Numbered from the stretch's first letter, positions 11,688 through 24,500 are shown. The stretch is DNA of 64,000 bases from Eukaryota sp. TZLM1-RC (GCA_040285825.1 JAUPSS010000009.1:248001-312000); one strand, 5' to 3'. The notes: generated by a model from the letters alone, not told the origin. Program-made: numbers and translations.

Positions 11688-12381
11688 AGTTTTTTCCCTT
11701 GTTGATTAATTTGAAAGTTTTTTTGTTAGTTTTGATTCGTTTTTCTTGGTGTATTTAACTATTCAATTCAGCACTTTTTTTTAATTTCTCGTGATAAATA
11801 AACATGTAGTTTTCTGATTGATTGTTTATCATTTTTACAATATTCATTGTGATTTAATCAAAGCACAATTTTGTTGATTGATTTTTAATGCTATAAAGAT
11901 GGTTTAATGTTTTGTGAATTGGAGATTACGGACTCAAAATTACCAATCAGCTATGGAAAACTGGGTAACTCAAAAAATGCTTGTTTCTATCCACACAAAT
12001 TACCAGAGAAACAACATAAAAGGGAGATTGAAAAAGAGGTGAAAACTCAGCTGACTGATGTTGATCAAGTCTAAGTGATCACGTGATCATTATCACGTGA
12101 CAACGTTCAATGATCATTAGTTGTTTGTCATATTATTTTATTTATTCAAATGGTAGAAAAGTTGAAAAAGCTTCTTCTGATCTCACACAAATTCAAAGTT
12201 TACCTTTGAAGAAACTTATCACATTTCATGTTGACAGGTTACGATTTAGTTCAAACATTAACCATCTAATTCATTCAATTCCTCTAGCTTTGGCTTCTCG
12301 CTTTGTTAAACAGTATTTGAATAAAAGAACTCAATTTTTTTTAAAAAAAAACTTATTTTCTTCAACAGAAGTTGTTAAAAA

Positions 12382-12810
12382 TTAAAAATCAATTTCCTCA
12401 AACTCCACATCTACCATTGAAAATTTACCTTCAATTTTTTCTTCATAATATCTTCCTAGTGATAACAACGAGCTAGAAACAAGGCTATGCATTCCTTTAA
12501 AAATAGAAAATACAATTCTATTTTGCCAAAAGGTTCGACAAAGTATTCTTCCAGTTCTGTTTTTGACAATAGATAAAAAATCGTCTAAAAAAAATAACGC
12601 AGTTTTACCCAAGATTCCAATGAAAGAAAAAGCAACAGGACAAGAAGGTATTGAGTGTGTGAGTTGGAATTCAGATCATTGATTTTTTCAGTATACTTGA
12701 TAATTTTCGCTTCTTCAGCTCTACGTAGAGGTAAATTAAAAGAAGGTGCCAATTTTTCATTTGAGCTGTTTAATACATCAGTAGATCTGAATATAATGTG
12801 GAAGAAAATT
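12382..12810 (-). mobile_element. RLE retrotransposon 3' fragment
   Basis: PLRRAEEAKIIKY..PVAFSFIGILGKTALFFLDDF..FWQNRIVFSIFK. Confidence 0.75.
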
Positions 12811-12877
12811 GTCGAACAGAAATTTACACCTCAAATACCAACACAACTTAAGATCCTTTCTTCAAGAAGGATTAACG

Positions 12878-14497
12878 ATGAAACATTCATCTTCATCAGC
12901 TTCTTATCCTGATTTATATGAAGAATACCACTCTCTTCGCAATTCTTTAGACACACTTAAGGAAGACTTTGATACTGGTGTCAATCAAATCATAAAAGAC
13001 TTTGAGGTCAAAGATGCAGAACTAATACAATCGTATCAGGACAGACTCCAGCACCAATCATCATTAATCTCCAAAGTTCTTCACAACGACCCTATCCGAT
13101 TGAAAGAGTCTACTGCTGCTCTCAAGCAAACACTTGAGCAAAAACTTGAAACAGTACGTCAGTCAAATGCGGAGAAGCAAGCCCAAGTTCTTCGTGAACT
13201 TGAACTACTTTTCAACAATGAAAAAGATAGTCTAGTTAGCCGGATGGAGATGTTGGAAGGCACTCTACCTGATCTCAAAGCTTCCTCGCCCCCTCCATCT
13301 CTCTCTATTAATTTCCCTTCTTCCCCCGCTCACTCTAGCCCTACTCCCACTTCTTCTACCCAATCCACTGAACCAACTAAACCAATGATTGAAGAAGATC
13401 CACCACAAAAGATTGTGCCTGCTAAACCCCCTCCTGTCTTTAAAACCAGCTTCAAGAAAGAAGTCAAGGGAAGTCAACACGATGACGTGACCTTGGCATC
13501 AGTCCCTACTGAGAACCCAGTACCACTAACTCCCCCGAGGATACAAAGGAAACCCAATCAAAAGAGAAAACTCGAGTTGAGAAATTCTATATTAAAAGAA
13601 AAGAGGGAAAGTACGGCTACCAAATCAAAGCAAGAGGAAGATATACCAAATACAGTAGAGAATGAGGAGATTGATGTTGAAAAAGATGATTGTGGCCAAG
13701 AGTCTATTGATGTGATGAAGTCTTTATATGATGTGGAACAAGAATTGGTGACTGGTATCAACTCAATCAATCAGTCAATCAATCAAATAGCTCATAATGC
13801 TGACCTTCCTTTAAGTCCTAAAGTAGAAAAGCAACGGTTATTAACTGGGCTCAATTTCGCAAGACTCCCGTTGACCTCTGTTATAGAAACTGCTCTCAAA
13901 GTGGCGACAAATGTTTGTTTTTTTGATTTTGAATTTGAACATGATGAATCTGGTTTTGGTGAACTTTTGCGAGTTTTGGGTTGGTTCCGTGATTATTGCA
14001 GACCTAGTCTTCTCCGTCAGAAAGGTCTAGACCAATCAAAATTGATTGCTGCCAGAAGGGCTACTTATGCTGAACGATATAACCTAGAGGTTTCTCCTAC
14101 TTCAGGTATCAGTATCTCTATTCAAGATTTGGTAGACAAACCTTATCAAAAATGCCAGGTAGAAGAGCAAAAAGAGGCATTTGAACGCATGGCTGATGAT
14201 GTTCTTTTTGGACTTCCAAAGACTAGTCTTTGTCATTCAAGGGAATTTTTGAACTTTGTATATAAAAATGAGATTCAAGAAGCTCAACGAACTGTTATTA
14301 CTAAATCAAAGTTAATTGAAGAACATTTGAATATTTGTAGAGGATTAGAAACGGAATTTATGACTGTCAACGATGAATATTCACAATTATTAAATAGAAA
14401 ATTAGAACAAAAAGAGGCTGAAGAAGAGATTTCTTTGGATGAGGTCAAGAAATTACTGATTAGTAATCGGAGGAAGAAAAAGCAAAAGAAAAAGTAA
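12878..14497 (+). CDS. Hypothetical coiled-coil protein
   Basis: Long ORF with ATG at 12878; N- and C-terminal coiled coils, Pro/Ser-rich middle, basic tail. Confidence 0.7.
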   Translation: MKHSSSSASYPDLYEEYHSLRNSLDTLKEDFDTGVNQIIKDFEVKDAELIQSYQDRLQHQSSLISKVLHNDPIRLKESTAALKQTLEQKLETVRQSNAEKQAQVLRELELLFNNEKDSLVSRMEMLEGTLPDLKASSPPPSLSINFPSSPAHSSPTPTSSTQSTEPTKPMIEEDPPQKIVPAKPPPVFKTSFKKEVKGSQHDDVTLASVPTENPVPLTPPRIQRKPNQKRKLELRNSILKEKRESTATKSKQEEDIPNTVENEEIDVEKDDCGQESIDVMKSLYDVEQELVTGINSINQSINQIAHNADLPLSPKVEKQRLLTGLNFARLPLTSVIETALKVATNVCFFDFEFEHDESGFGELLRVLGWFRDYCRPSLLRQKGLDQSKLIAARRATYAERYNLEVSPTSGISISIQDLVDKPYQKCQVEEQKEAFERMADDVLFGLPKTSLCHSREFLNFVYKNEIQEAQRTVITKSKLIEEHLNICRGLETEFMTVNDEYSQLLNRKLEQKEAEEEISLDEVKKLLISNRRKKKQKKK

Positions 14498-14685
14498 TCG
14501 ATTTTTATTTACACTTTTATGATTTTAATTAGCTTTTTTTGTGTATTTTTGTAAAAATGTAATCAAATTTTTGTATTAATAAATTTATCTACAAGTATTT
14601 TATGAATAGAAATAATTCGCACAGTACTGAGAATATTAGCGACTGGAAGTTTCAAAACATGTATAAAAAACAATAAAAAGAATAT

Positions 14686-15626
14686 TTATAAGAGATACTC
14701 TGGTGTACGAAGAGAAACATGGGGTTCACCTCTCCTGGGTGCAGGGTCGTATTGAATAAACTTGTAATCACCATTATCATCAAGTTCCATAATCGCTGCT
14801 TGATTACCACAGCGGTAACAGTCTAAAGTTAGAAATATCCAAATGGCGACATACAGTTTGGGGCAGAAAACACAGTAACAACCTTATTGTCATGGCTCCA
14901 ATTGTAACCAGCCATTACAAGCTGATGAGCTCTCACAAGAAGCTTTAGACTATTGTTATGGCAAAATGTTTCAGAGATATCATGTCCAAAGGTATACCCT
15001 GCACCACGAGGAGAAACTCCCCAGCCAAGGCGATCATCGGGATCTGACCAAAGGATGTCACACATTGCACCCTCATGTGGTGGATCGACTGTTCTTTCCA
15101 GAGAGCGTATTTGTTCGATAGTTTCCAGAGAAGGACTGAGACCTCCATGAAGACAAAAGATACTATTATTGATAAGTGCAGCTAGAGGTAAATGGTCAAA
15201 GAGATCAGTAAACTGCTTCCACATGTTCGGAGAACCATATTTGCGACAGCACTCGTCGTAAAAACCATAGACCTGTGTGATTTGACGTGACTCGTGATTA
15301 CCCCTCAACAAAAATACACGTTGTGGATATCGAACTTTCAGTGCAATGAGGAGAGCAGCCACTTCAATAGAGTAATAGCCTCTATCAACATAGTCGCCTA
15401 AGAAAAGGAAGTTCGTGTCAGGGCAATCTCCAGTGATCTTGAACATTTCTATCAGGTCCCAATACTGACCATGAATATCGCCAACAACAGTGATGGGAGT
15501 AGATATACAAATTACGTTGGGTTGATGTGCCAACATCTCGGTGGCCTTTTTACATAGAAGCTCCATTTGAGATTCAGGGGGAAGCTCGCATTTACGCAAT
15601 TGCTCTATTATGAGGTCAATATCCAT
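14686..15626 (-). CDS. PPP2C: Serine/threonine protein phosphatase 2A catalytic subunit (2 exons)
   Basis: GDIHGQ, GDYVDRG, RGNHES, RAHQL. The 32-nt intron 14823-14854 (GTATGT..CTAACTTTAG) restores [31 protein letters not shown]. Confidence 0.93.
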
Positions 15627-17190
15627 TAGTTACAGATGATGTCTATAACAATGAAATCAGTGTCCTGTTTACACCAATACAGAGGACTGAGTTTTTGAGA
15701 AGCGGAAGATTTTCCCATTGATGCCTTTTTCTTTGAACCTATGTCAACCTTGACTCTCTGCAGGTATTCCGGTCTATCTCCACCTTTTACATGTGCTTCC
15801 ATCACTGCCAACATATTCAGCGAAGCGTTTCGATCTCTATTCCACAAACTTTCGCATGATTTACACATGGTAAGTCCGTGACGAATAGACATCTCATGCC
15901 TCTTCCATGGCCTAGGATTTCTGCACCATTGGAATGTTTCAACTGTTTTCTCCGTCTTCTAACAGTTGAAACAACAGCAACTGGTTCAAAACTCATCAAT
16001 CAAAAATACCTTATAACCAGCCTTTTTAAATAGAATTCTCAAACCTTTTACTTTGGTAGGTTCTTTGAATTTCATGTGTTTTCGTTGTTCCCAGTCTCCG
16101 ATTCCGATAACTACTTGACATGGATCACCAATTACTGATTTGAATCTCTGTATCATTTTCACCTCGGACCTTGTGCGATTGATCTCAGCCCACCGTCTTA
16201 GTTTCCTAAATATTTTTTGATGATAGACTTCACCAACAATACTATTCACAAAATTCTTTTGTTTAATATACTCCATAAATGTATCAAACCTGCAGCTTTT
16301 GGAATTGAATTGGGATAAAGTTGCTTCCCATTCTGCTACAGATTTAGTCGTGTGATCATTGTTTCTCAAATTTAATGAGTAATCAATTTCGTGGGGAATA
16401 TTGATTTCTTGAGGTACTTCACCTCTTAATAAACTAGTTGTTCTTTCAGTCATTTGATTAATTATACTGCTGCTTAAAGCCATCCTTTGTTGTTGCTCTT
16501 CAGATGGTTCATAATTGGATAGATCAATCACTCTACCAGTAGAGTTACTTATTGTGATAAGAGTGTCATTACGTATGCTGTCTCTTATTCTTTTGAATTT
16601 GAAACTTTTCGACTCAAATCTTCGTTGATTTTGAGTGTACCTGAAATGAACATATTTATCTCTCTCAAGTTTCTTTGAATGAGTCATTCCAGTAGCTAAA
16701 TTTGCAGAAAAATAGAGTAGATCAGATTTCTTTGGATCAGAAGCAGCAAGGGTCATTTCTTGGAATTCAGAAGGATTGATGCTGGGCTTATCAATATATT
16801 TTCTTTATCTTTCAATTCTTTTGCAGTTACGTTGAGTTTTTTCAAGTCCATTCTAGATTGAATGAATGATACCGCTATTCCATCAGTCTCGATACTAGAC
16901 ATGACGTACTTGGAATTTTCTGAATAAAGTTTAGTGTTTTTAATCTTATCCATTTTCAAAAAGGTATTCCATAAAACCAAATCAGCAGCTTGATTATTTC
17001 GTTGGTAGGACGACCTTTGACCAAGAATGTTCTTGAATTCGACAAAGAACAGGTCCAATAAACTTTTCTTGTCAATTCTGATATACAAGGGAATACAAGA
17101 ATTCTTCAAAGGGAGAGCATGAAAGAATTTACATTCCTCATTTTCTAAATGATTATTAATATAAAACATTGCTCTGAGGATCAAGGTCAA
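15627..17190 (-). pseudogene. Fanzor1-type RNA-guided nuclease, family A; 5'-truncated and frameshifted
   Basis: Split over ORFs 16753..17190, 15986..16756 and 15626..15892: IETDG, SDPKKSDLLY (RuvC-I), IGDW..KEPTK..FLIDEF (RuvC-II), CKSC, WNRDRNASLN (RuvC-III), RPEYLQR. Confidence 0.9.
15630..15720 (-). ncRNA. Putative family-A Fanzor omegaRNA scaffold / element right end
   Basis: ~85-nt terminal segment conserved in 4 copies; GTCCT..AGGAC stem and terminal hairpin GTTATAGA-catca-TCTGTAAC; homology ends just after ATCTG(T). The 5' boundary is a guess. Confidence 0.6.
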
Positions 17191-17325
17191 TTTTACTTTC
17201 CCCTGATATAATTTCAGAAATTGTTTTTAGTTTGCGTGGTTGATACTAATTTGTGTAAATACTACAAGTATAAACAACAAATCGACCAGAAATTGAGGGG
17301 TTCAAGTGTTTGTGATTCAATTCTA

Positions 17326-17994
17326 TTAAATTTGAATTATAGTATTGAACCCATTCACTAGCATCGATTTCACCCTTAAAAAGTCCTCATTTTCAGAACG
17401 TTTCATAATATTTGGGATGTAAAATTTGAGAATATGGAAACCACATTTTATATGAGGATTATAAGTTTCTAATAATTTTTTAAATGAATTTAGCAATTCT
17501 TTTTCAGAGGAATGATGATTTAAAGTGATATTTTGATCATCAACTTTGCAACAATGTTCATTTCTGATTGTTGACTTCTCTACAAGATCACAAAAACAAA
17601 GATTTAATTCAATCTGTTCTCGAGTGAAAATATGAGAAACAGAATTTGGAACAAACTTTGTTGTAGATTGACAGTACAAGATGGAATGTTCTCTTGCATA
17701 AATGACAATTATTTCATCCTCATCACTGAGCTTTTTACTCAACACCAAACTTTCAATATCAAAATGTAAAATTCTGAGAGTAAGTTGCGTTTTGACATTT
17801 GATGGTGTCACTAAAGGGTACTTATATCGAGTCAACGGATTCTCATTGAAAAGTGTTTTTTTACACGTTTCTAAGGAGTGCATCAGCTCGTTTTTTTCTG
17901 ATGGTTTTATATAAAGAGGAACATTTTTTTGTCTCAAAAAATTGTCGTTCATTGTCAACACAGCTATAAAAACATCTTTTGTTTTGATTGACAA
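17326..17994 (-). pseudogene. Family-B DNA polymerase 3'-5' exonuclease domain relic
   Basis: LRILHFDIE (ExoI), SSEKELL..F..YNPHIKCGFHILKFYIPNI (degenerate ExoII); no polymerase domain follows. Confidence 0.65.
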
Positions 17995-17999
17995 AAGGT

Positions 18000-18341
18000 T
18001 TAATTTGAGCTAAATCAATTGAATTGAACTTATTTGACAAATATTTATTGATCATTTTTTTGCACACAATATGGTGACTTTTCCACAATCATACATATTA
18101 GATTGAAACTATTCAGATAAATTCTGACTAATATTGATTCCAAGTTCTCCAAATTGATTGAATTACTTTTTTGCTGTTGTTCTTGATTATGACAAAGACT
18201 ATCAAAAAGAAAAGCTTTTACTGTTCTGGATTTGATCCAGAATGCAACAAGTACCCAATGTTGACCAATGGTAAATTGTTCCTCAACAGACACAATCAAA
18301 TATGATTGATGAAATGCATCATTATAGGGTAGAAGAATCAT
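18000..18341 (-). pseudogene. CE-clan (Ulp1/adenain-like) cysteine protease relic
   Basis: GQHWVLVAFW..AFLFDSL motif; frameshifted downstream. Confidence 0.5.
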
Positions 18342-18469
18342 TTGTATACTGATGTAAAAGTGGCAAGAAATATTTCATTTGTGTAATTTTTGGAAAATCA
18401 ACATTATTTTTACTCTACATTTTTATTGAACTAAAATTCTGTCTAATATTCATTATCTTCAAACAAGCA

Positions 18470-19560
18470 TCACCATTACAAAACCTATTCAGAGCATTTC
18501 GTTCATATTCTACACCAATACCTAAAAGAGTTTTAGAAATCATTGTTGGAATTTACTTGAAAATGCAAAAAACAATTCTATTTAACCATAAAGTGGAATT
18601 CATCTGTTTACGAGATCTATTTTGTAAAGTTGTCTTTAAATTTTCAAAAAAGTGAAATCATGAAGGTCCAATTTTGCTCAAAAGAGAAATTGCAAACGGC
18701 ACAAACTGGTATTTCGCATGTTCGACTCTACCAAATTGTGCCAATGGTTTTTCATCTTTTTATATTTTCATTTTTTTCGGGGTTAGATAGTGGCGAATCA
18801 GCAGAATACACCAAACGAGCAGCAGAATTTTGCACACTTCTACTGAGACAACATCCACAACGTTGAGAACACCATCGATTCCTGGAGCTACTAAATCTGC
18901 CCTTCTTTTACCAAAGGACTTCTCAGTTTGATCTGGAGATTGCTTACGTCCTAAAGGTTCAAAAAAAGCCTCTATATTGAAACGTTTACACATGGCATAT
19001 AATTGATCACCAACTGAATCATGAACAATTGAGTGATAAGTTATAAAATATTTGCAGTTTAAAATAAGGGAAAGTGTAACCACATTCTCACAGCGACAAA
19101 TTAAATCATTTGGTAACGAACAAGGCCATAAGAAGCATCTCATTCTCATAGCAGTGGTCCATTAATGATCATTGAGTAGAAAGTCATAAATGTTTGGAAC
19201 TTGAAAAGATTATGCAAAAACGGGTTGTTTTTTTTGGTCAAGCTAAGACGTACAACATAATCCAAGTTTTCTAAAAATTTTAAAATTTTTACCTGCAATT
19301 TTGCAAAAGTCAGTGGTAAGCTTCTTGAAGGAAGTTCCACAGTATCAGAGGGAAAAAATTTAGACCAAATATTCTGTGAATGAGAATCAATTTCATGTTG
19401 CAAAAAAAAGATAAGAGCTGCCACAGTTTTGAATGAGAAAAATTTTTTCTGCAAAGCGATTCGCAAATTCAAAGATAAAATTTTTACCACCTCCAATAAA
19501 TGCAGCTTTACAGAGGTAAACCTGAAATTGAATGTCTTTCCTTTATTTCTATTTCAATTT
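18470..19560 (-). mobile_element. RLE non-LTR retrotransposon, degraded copy of the 41765-43245 family
   Basis: MRMRCFLWPCSLPNDLICRC..KRRADLVAPGIDGVLNVVDVVSV is nearly identical to ORFs 41989..42870 and 59673..60278. Confidence 0.9.
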
Positions 19561-20049
19561 TTGACATGTGTCTCCCATGAAATTAGATCCCTCAATTCTA
19601 TCTATCTAATTATAGGAGCAACATTGTTTCGAGTTCAATTGTTGATTTGTATAGAATATCGTGTGAGAAATAATTCTATGGGAAGCAATTGTGGGTGTAA
19701 GAAAATATTGTAAGACCCAAAAATTCTGAAAATAAGTTATTGGTGGAGGAAGAAAACAATAACGGCCATTCCTCAAAGTGGTTTCAATTTGGTGGACAAA
19801 AGTGTGAAAGAAGAGATTTGCATAAAATATTTTATCAGATAGCTCATCAATCTTTCCAAAATAAACACAAAAACAATTGCTCCGTTCTATAAAGAGGCTG
19901 TGGGTGGAAACACTGATGTGTGAAACACATAAAGCTTCCATGTTCTTGCCCCAGACAGAACCAGCAAATTCATAGATAATGTGTTTTCTTGAATGATTGT
20001 AAAATGTTTATTAATCAATAATGTTGAACAATAAATCAAAGAACAATTT

Positions 20050-20343
20050 TTAAACTTCATGATGGACTACTTGGACACATTGACCCTTCTCAACTAAAAA
20101 AGAGGAAGAGTCAACCTGACCAAGTAGTCTATTTTCAACCAAATGGTAAGGAGAGTCTTCATGAGAAAAAGTTCCCTTTTTACCTTTGGTTGAACAAAAT
20201 TTCTCCTGTGAAGGTGGAATTTCAGGAGGACTGGAAATGAGCTCCCAGTAGGGCTCAGTGCAAGCTTCCTCCTGGAAGGTTTCACTCAGCAACAAATCCA
20301 CATAAATCTGAATCATCTTTGGACCAGGGAGTGCGTCTGACAT
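20050..20343 (-). CDS. Small hypothetical protein
   Basis: 97-aa ATG-initiated ORF, more GC-rich than its flanks; no motif recognised. Confidence 0.45.
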   Translation of the reverse strand: MSDALPGPKMIQIYVDLLLSETFQEEACTEPYWELISSPPEIPPSQEKFCSTKGKKGTFSHEDSPYHLVENRLLGQVDSSSFLVEKGQCVQVVHHEV

Positions 20344-21554
20344 ATTGTGAAAATAATGAGCTCATTTATCAAATTTTACACTCGTCACCCCATTCTCGAC
20401 TTCTGGTTGGTTCTGGTTTTTCATTCATTTCACCAGCAATTCCAATGACTATCTGACATTTATGTGCTATTAGACGATGTCTTCAACCACTAATAGAAAC
20501 CACATTACTTAAGACTGGAAAATTAATTAATTTCTTAAATGAATAGTCTCATTTCATTGAATCTAGAATGGCAATTCTTGTCAATCAGATTCAATTGAGT
20601 CCAATTCAATAAAATTTACAATTAATGCGATTTAGTGGTAGGGCTGTGGTTTGGTAAGGCTGCATTGTAGATGTTTTTAATGTAAAACTCTGATTGGTAT
20701 GGTTCTCAACTAGAGCTTGTCCCAAAAATAGAAAACGTTTTAATTTTATTTATAAAATAAAAATAGAGAAGTAGTACTAAGACAAGAAGTTTCATGGAGA
20801 GAGGAAAAACAGCAATGATGAGTTTGAGTTCAATGTTGAGTTTTTGAGTTTAGGATTTTAGGAGTCAGAGAGCTTGTAGAGATTTTATCCACTTTTTCCT
20901 CTGGTAACGTCCGTGCAACACTACTTTTTCCAAATGCCAACAATGAGACAGGTGTTCCGATACGGTTCCATACTCACATTTGTATACTTTTCTGTTGCTG
21001 ATGACATGCCAGATCTAAGCCGGTCGTTTCTGTCACAACTTACTTGGTTGCTTATGCATAACCACACATTACATTCTCTGAAATTGACCATAGATGGTCA
21101 ACAGCTATTTGTCCATACGTTGTTTGACCGTATTTCTTCAAAAATGCTTGCACACTTAAATGATAAATCAGTATTCTCAGCAAGGGGCAACAAAGTATAT
21201 GAATATAAGTTGAAAATCTCCATTTCTTTGGTTTAATTTTGATTTATCAGTGTATATCAGTTTTTGTTTCTTCCTCATTAATTGGAAGTTTTGGTTATTG
21301 TTTATGTTTCTAAACATTACAAATATTGAATTTCTTGGAACTTTTGTTTTGCTGAAAATTTTCCATTTTCAAGTGTGTGGATGTAAAAACCATTTTTTTA
21401 AACATTTGTACTTATTGAAATAACTATCTGATTGACTTTATTACTATTATGACGGTCAAAATACAATTTTTCTTATTCGGCCAACAATTTATTTTTAAAT
21501 GAAATTGAAAATAACAAAAACTGAAATTAAAAATAACAAATAATGAAATAAATA

Positions 21555-24500
21555 ATGGTTCAATCCAACTACATATGTATGCATTGTTACCTATTCACTA
21601 CACTTCTCCTCGCCCTATACATTTCTCTTGGTTTTTGTGAGATAAAATACTGGACATGTACGTCTGGTCATATAGATACTTCTTCTTGCTGGGTTCTAGC
21701 TGATTCATCACCAACTGAGGCTCCTACTGCAGAAGACTCTCTCATCTTTCCAAATCGTGTTTTATCTTCTGCTTCAATATCGGTACATTCATCACATGGT
21801 TTTTCAGTTCTCTGGCTTGGATCAGGTAACACTCTTCAACTCTTATCTTCTACTATCACAACTGATCGATTTATTTTTGCAGGTGGTGATGTCTTTGGGT
21901 CACCTGATTCAGAAGACCAGATTGTATCAATTCTTGAAGAAGGAATCGTCTCTCAACCAACGACCTTAAGCAGATCTACATTGAACGTTAGAGGCACCCT
22001 TACTATTGCTGCATGTTCATTAACACTTTCAAATGCTCATATAGTAGTACAAGATGGTGGTCAGCTCAAAATGATCTCCACGCAGTTATCGGGATGGGGG
22101 AGGAATGACCAAAGTCAATTATTACCCTTTAACGTGTTCAATCCTTCTGAATCTCAGCTAGAAGAACACCAACTTACCCGAATTCCGCTTCTTTTTGGTG
22201 ATAATATTGTGGACATTGGAGTTTCTGGTATGGGAAGTTTCTTTCTTTCTTGTTTAGGTTTCTTGTATGAGGCTTCTGGATCAACTCTTCTTCCCCAATT
22301 GATTCTTAAAGATATAAACCAAATAATTGTAAATGATCATATTCTTGCTAGGGTAGCAGACAGTAATACAATTTGGTCAAGGGGTAGGAATGATTACAAT
22401 CAAATCATTGATGACCCTTCCGATTTCATTGATTGGGTGCTCATTACAATACCAGAAGTAGAAGAGATAGTAGACATTGCTGTAGGTAAAGATTGTTCCT
22501 TAATACTGGGAAATAATGGTTTGTAACCCTAACCCTAACCCTAGGTTTGGTTTATTCTTGGGGTAGACGTAGAGATGATCAGGGCTTTGTCACTGCCACG
22601 TGCCAGCCGTTTGATTCTCCTATACTTGGAACTCCTACCTTGATTGAGCTACCTTTTGCTGTAAGTTCTATTTCAGCTGGTTATCATTTCTCTTTATTTA
22701 TCTCAACCAATGACGAGCTATATGGCTGTGGTAATAATGAGCAAAGCCAAATATCCCCACTTTCTGCAAAGTTTTTTGAAGTGCCCGAAATTATTTCTCA
22801 TCCAAATGATATTATTATTCAAGCCAGTGCCACGTCCAACATGGCGTTCTTTCTTAATGATCACGGGTATCTATCTCGCACAGGTAGGCCTCCTGATGTT
22901 TATTTTATGGAAAGAGTTTCTTCCTTCAGCACAGGAGTGGATCATGTTTTGCTTAACCATGATGGCGATGTTGTTTCTGGTATGTGGAATAATGATTTTA
23001 AACAAATTGATCCCTCCAGCAGTTCAGATCTTATCACAAACCCAATCGTTATTGGTGATGGGGTTATTGGTATAGCAAGTGGAGACAATAGCTTTTTTTT
23101 AAAAAAACAATCGCCCAAGCTTTTAATAGAATCTAATTCAGAAGGAACCTTGGTAGTTGAACATGAAGGAAGTTTTACTATTGATTCTGAATTTGAAGTT
23201 ATTCTCGACCTTCCTGTCACTATTCACGGAGAGTTTGTAGTTAATAAGGGGGAAACGTGGATGTTAAATTTGTTTATAGCAAGTGGACTAATTAAGGCTA
23301 CGGATAGATTAATAGTTACTTTACCCAGTGTTTTTTATCCATCAACAGAAATTAAATCTACCAACGTATTAGAATTTACCTTTGAAACTGAATTCTGTCA
23401 CCATTTAGAAGGTAGTATTTCTTTATCTGGAGATACAGCGGAATTAGTGTTGAGTAGAGGTTGCTTCAATTTTGAAACCTTGTATTTGCTCACTACTCCC
23501 TTGATTAAAGCTCAGTTTGGCAGTCAAATTGATTTCAGAGGTTTTAATGGTGTTAACAGTTTACTTTACCATTTAGTTATTGATGAACAATCTTTTGTTA
23601 TACTTGACGGTTTTAACTATATTGAAAATCTAACCCTAATTGATGGGTCACTTGAACTATATAGGGAATTAACTATCGGTGAATTAGATTTCTTTTCAGG
23701 AACAATTAAAGCCGCTAAACTGGTTGACCTAACTGTAACCCTTGTTCAATTTTTTCAAGGGGACTCTCATATTGAAAATTTAGATCTTTATGCTGAAAAT
23801 TTGAATATTTTAAATGGAGATGTTTGGCTTTCTGGTCAATTTTCACTTGTTGTTAACACTCTTAGTATCACTTGTGGTGAAACTTGCCAAATTTTTGCGG
23901 ATGACGTCACCGACCAAGAGCAGCTCACTATTAATGACAAGTTAAACATTTCGATGAGCAATTCACTTGCTATTGCTTCTTTTAATATCCATGTAACCTT
24001 TAATTCAAGTTATTTTTTAGTTTCTGAAGTTTCTAATGTTGTTTTTACTGATGAATCCTATTTAGTTTACACTTCATCTGAACTCTTGTCTGAAACTTTT
24101 TTAATATTTGGACGCCTTTCCTTTAGTGGAACCTTGATTTCTACTCTTTCTTCATTGGCAATTCAAGGTCAACAAACTGGTAGAGTTCACCTTTCTAATT
24201 CTGCCCAAATTTACATACTCTTATTTAGACTATCGCAAGTTGCTAGCATTATTTGCGAAGGTTGTCATTTTCAACATTCTTCCATTGGATTTATTCTCAA
24301 TGGACGTTCTTGCCTTGAGATAACACAATTTAATGGTGGGGTCATTGAATCCATTTCTGCAATATTGGGTTCAAGAGTTTATCTACCATCTGTATCAGTA
24401 GGTAGATTGAGTCTATCGAATTCCGAGTTGAAATTAACTGGTGATGTGATGATTAGCCAAACTGCTGGTTTTTCGGGTGTATTGATTGAAGGAGGGAATC

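Noticed and set aside
22524-22526. Stop-codon readthrough or an alternative genetic code joining the two large ORFs
   Set aside because: The ORFs are in different frames, a 26-nt intron explains the join, and conserved genes end at standard stops.
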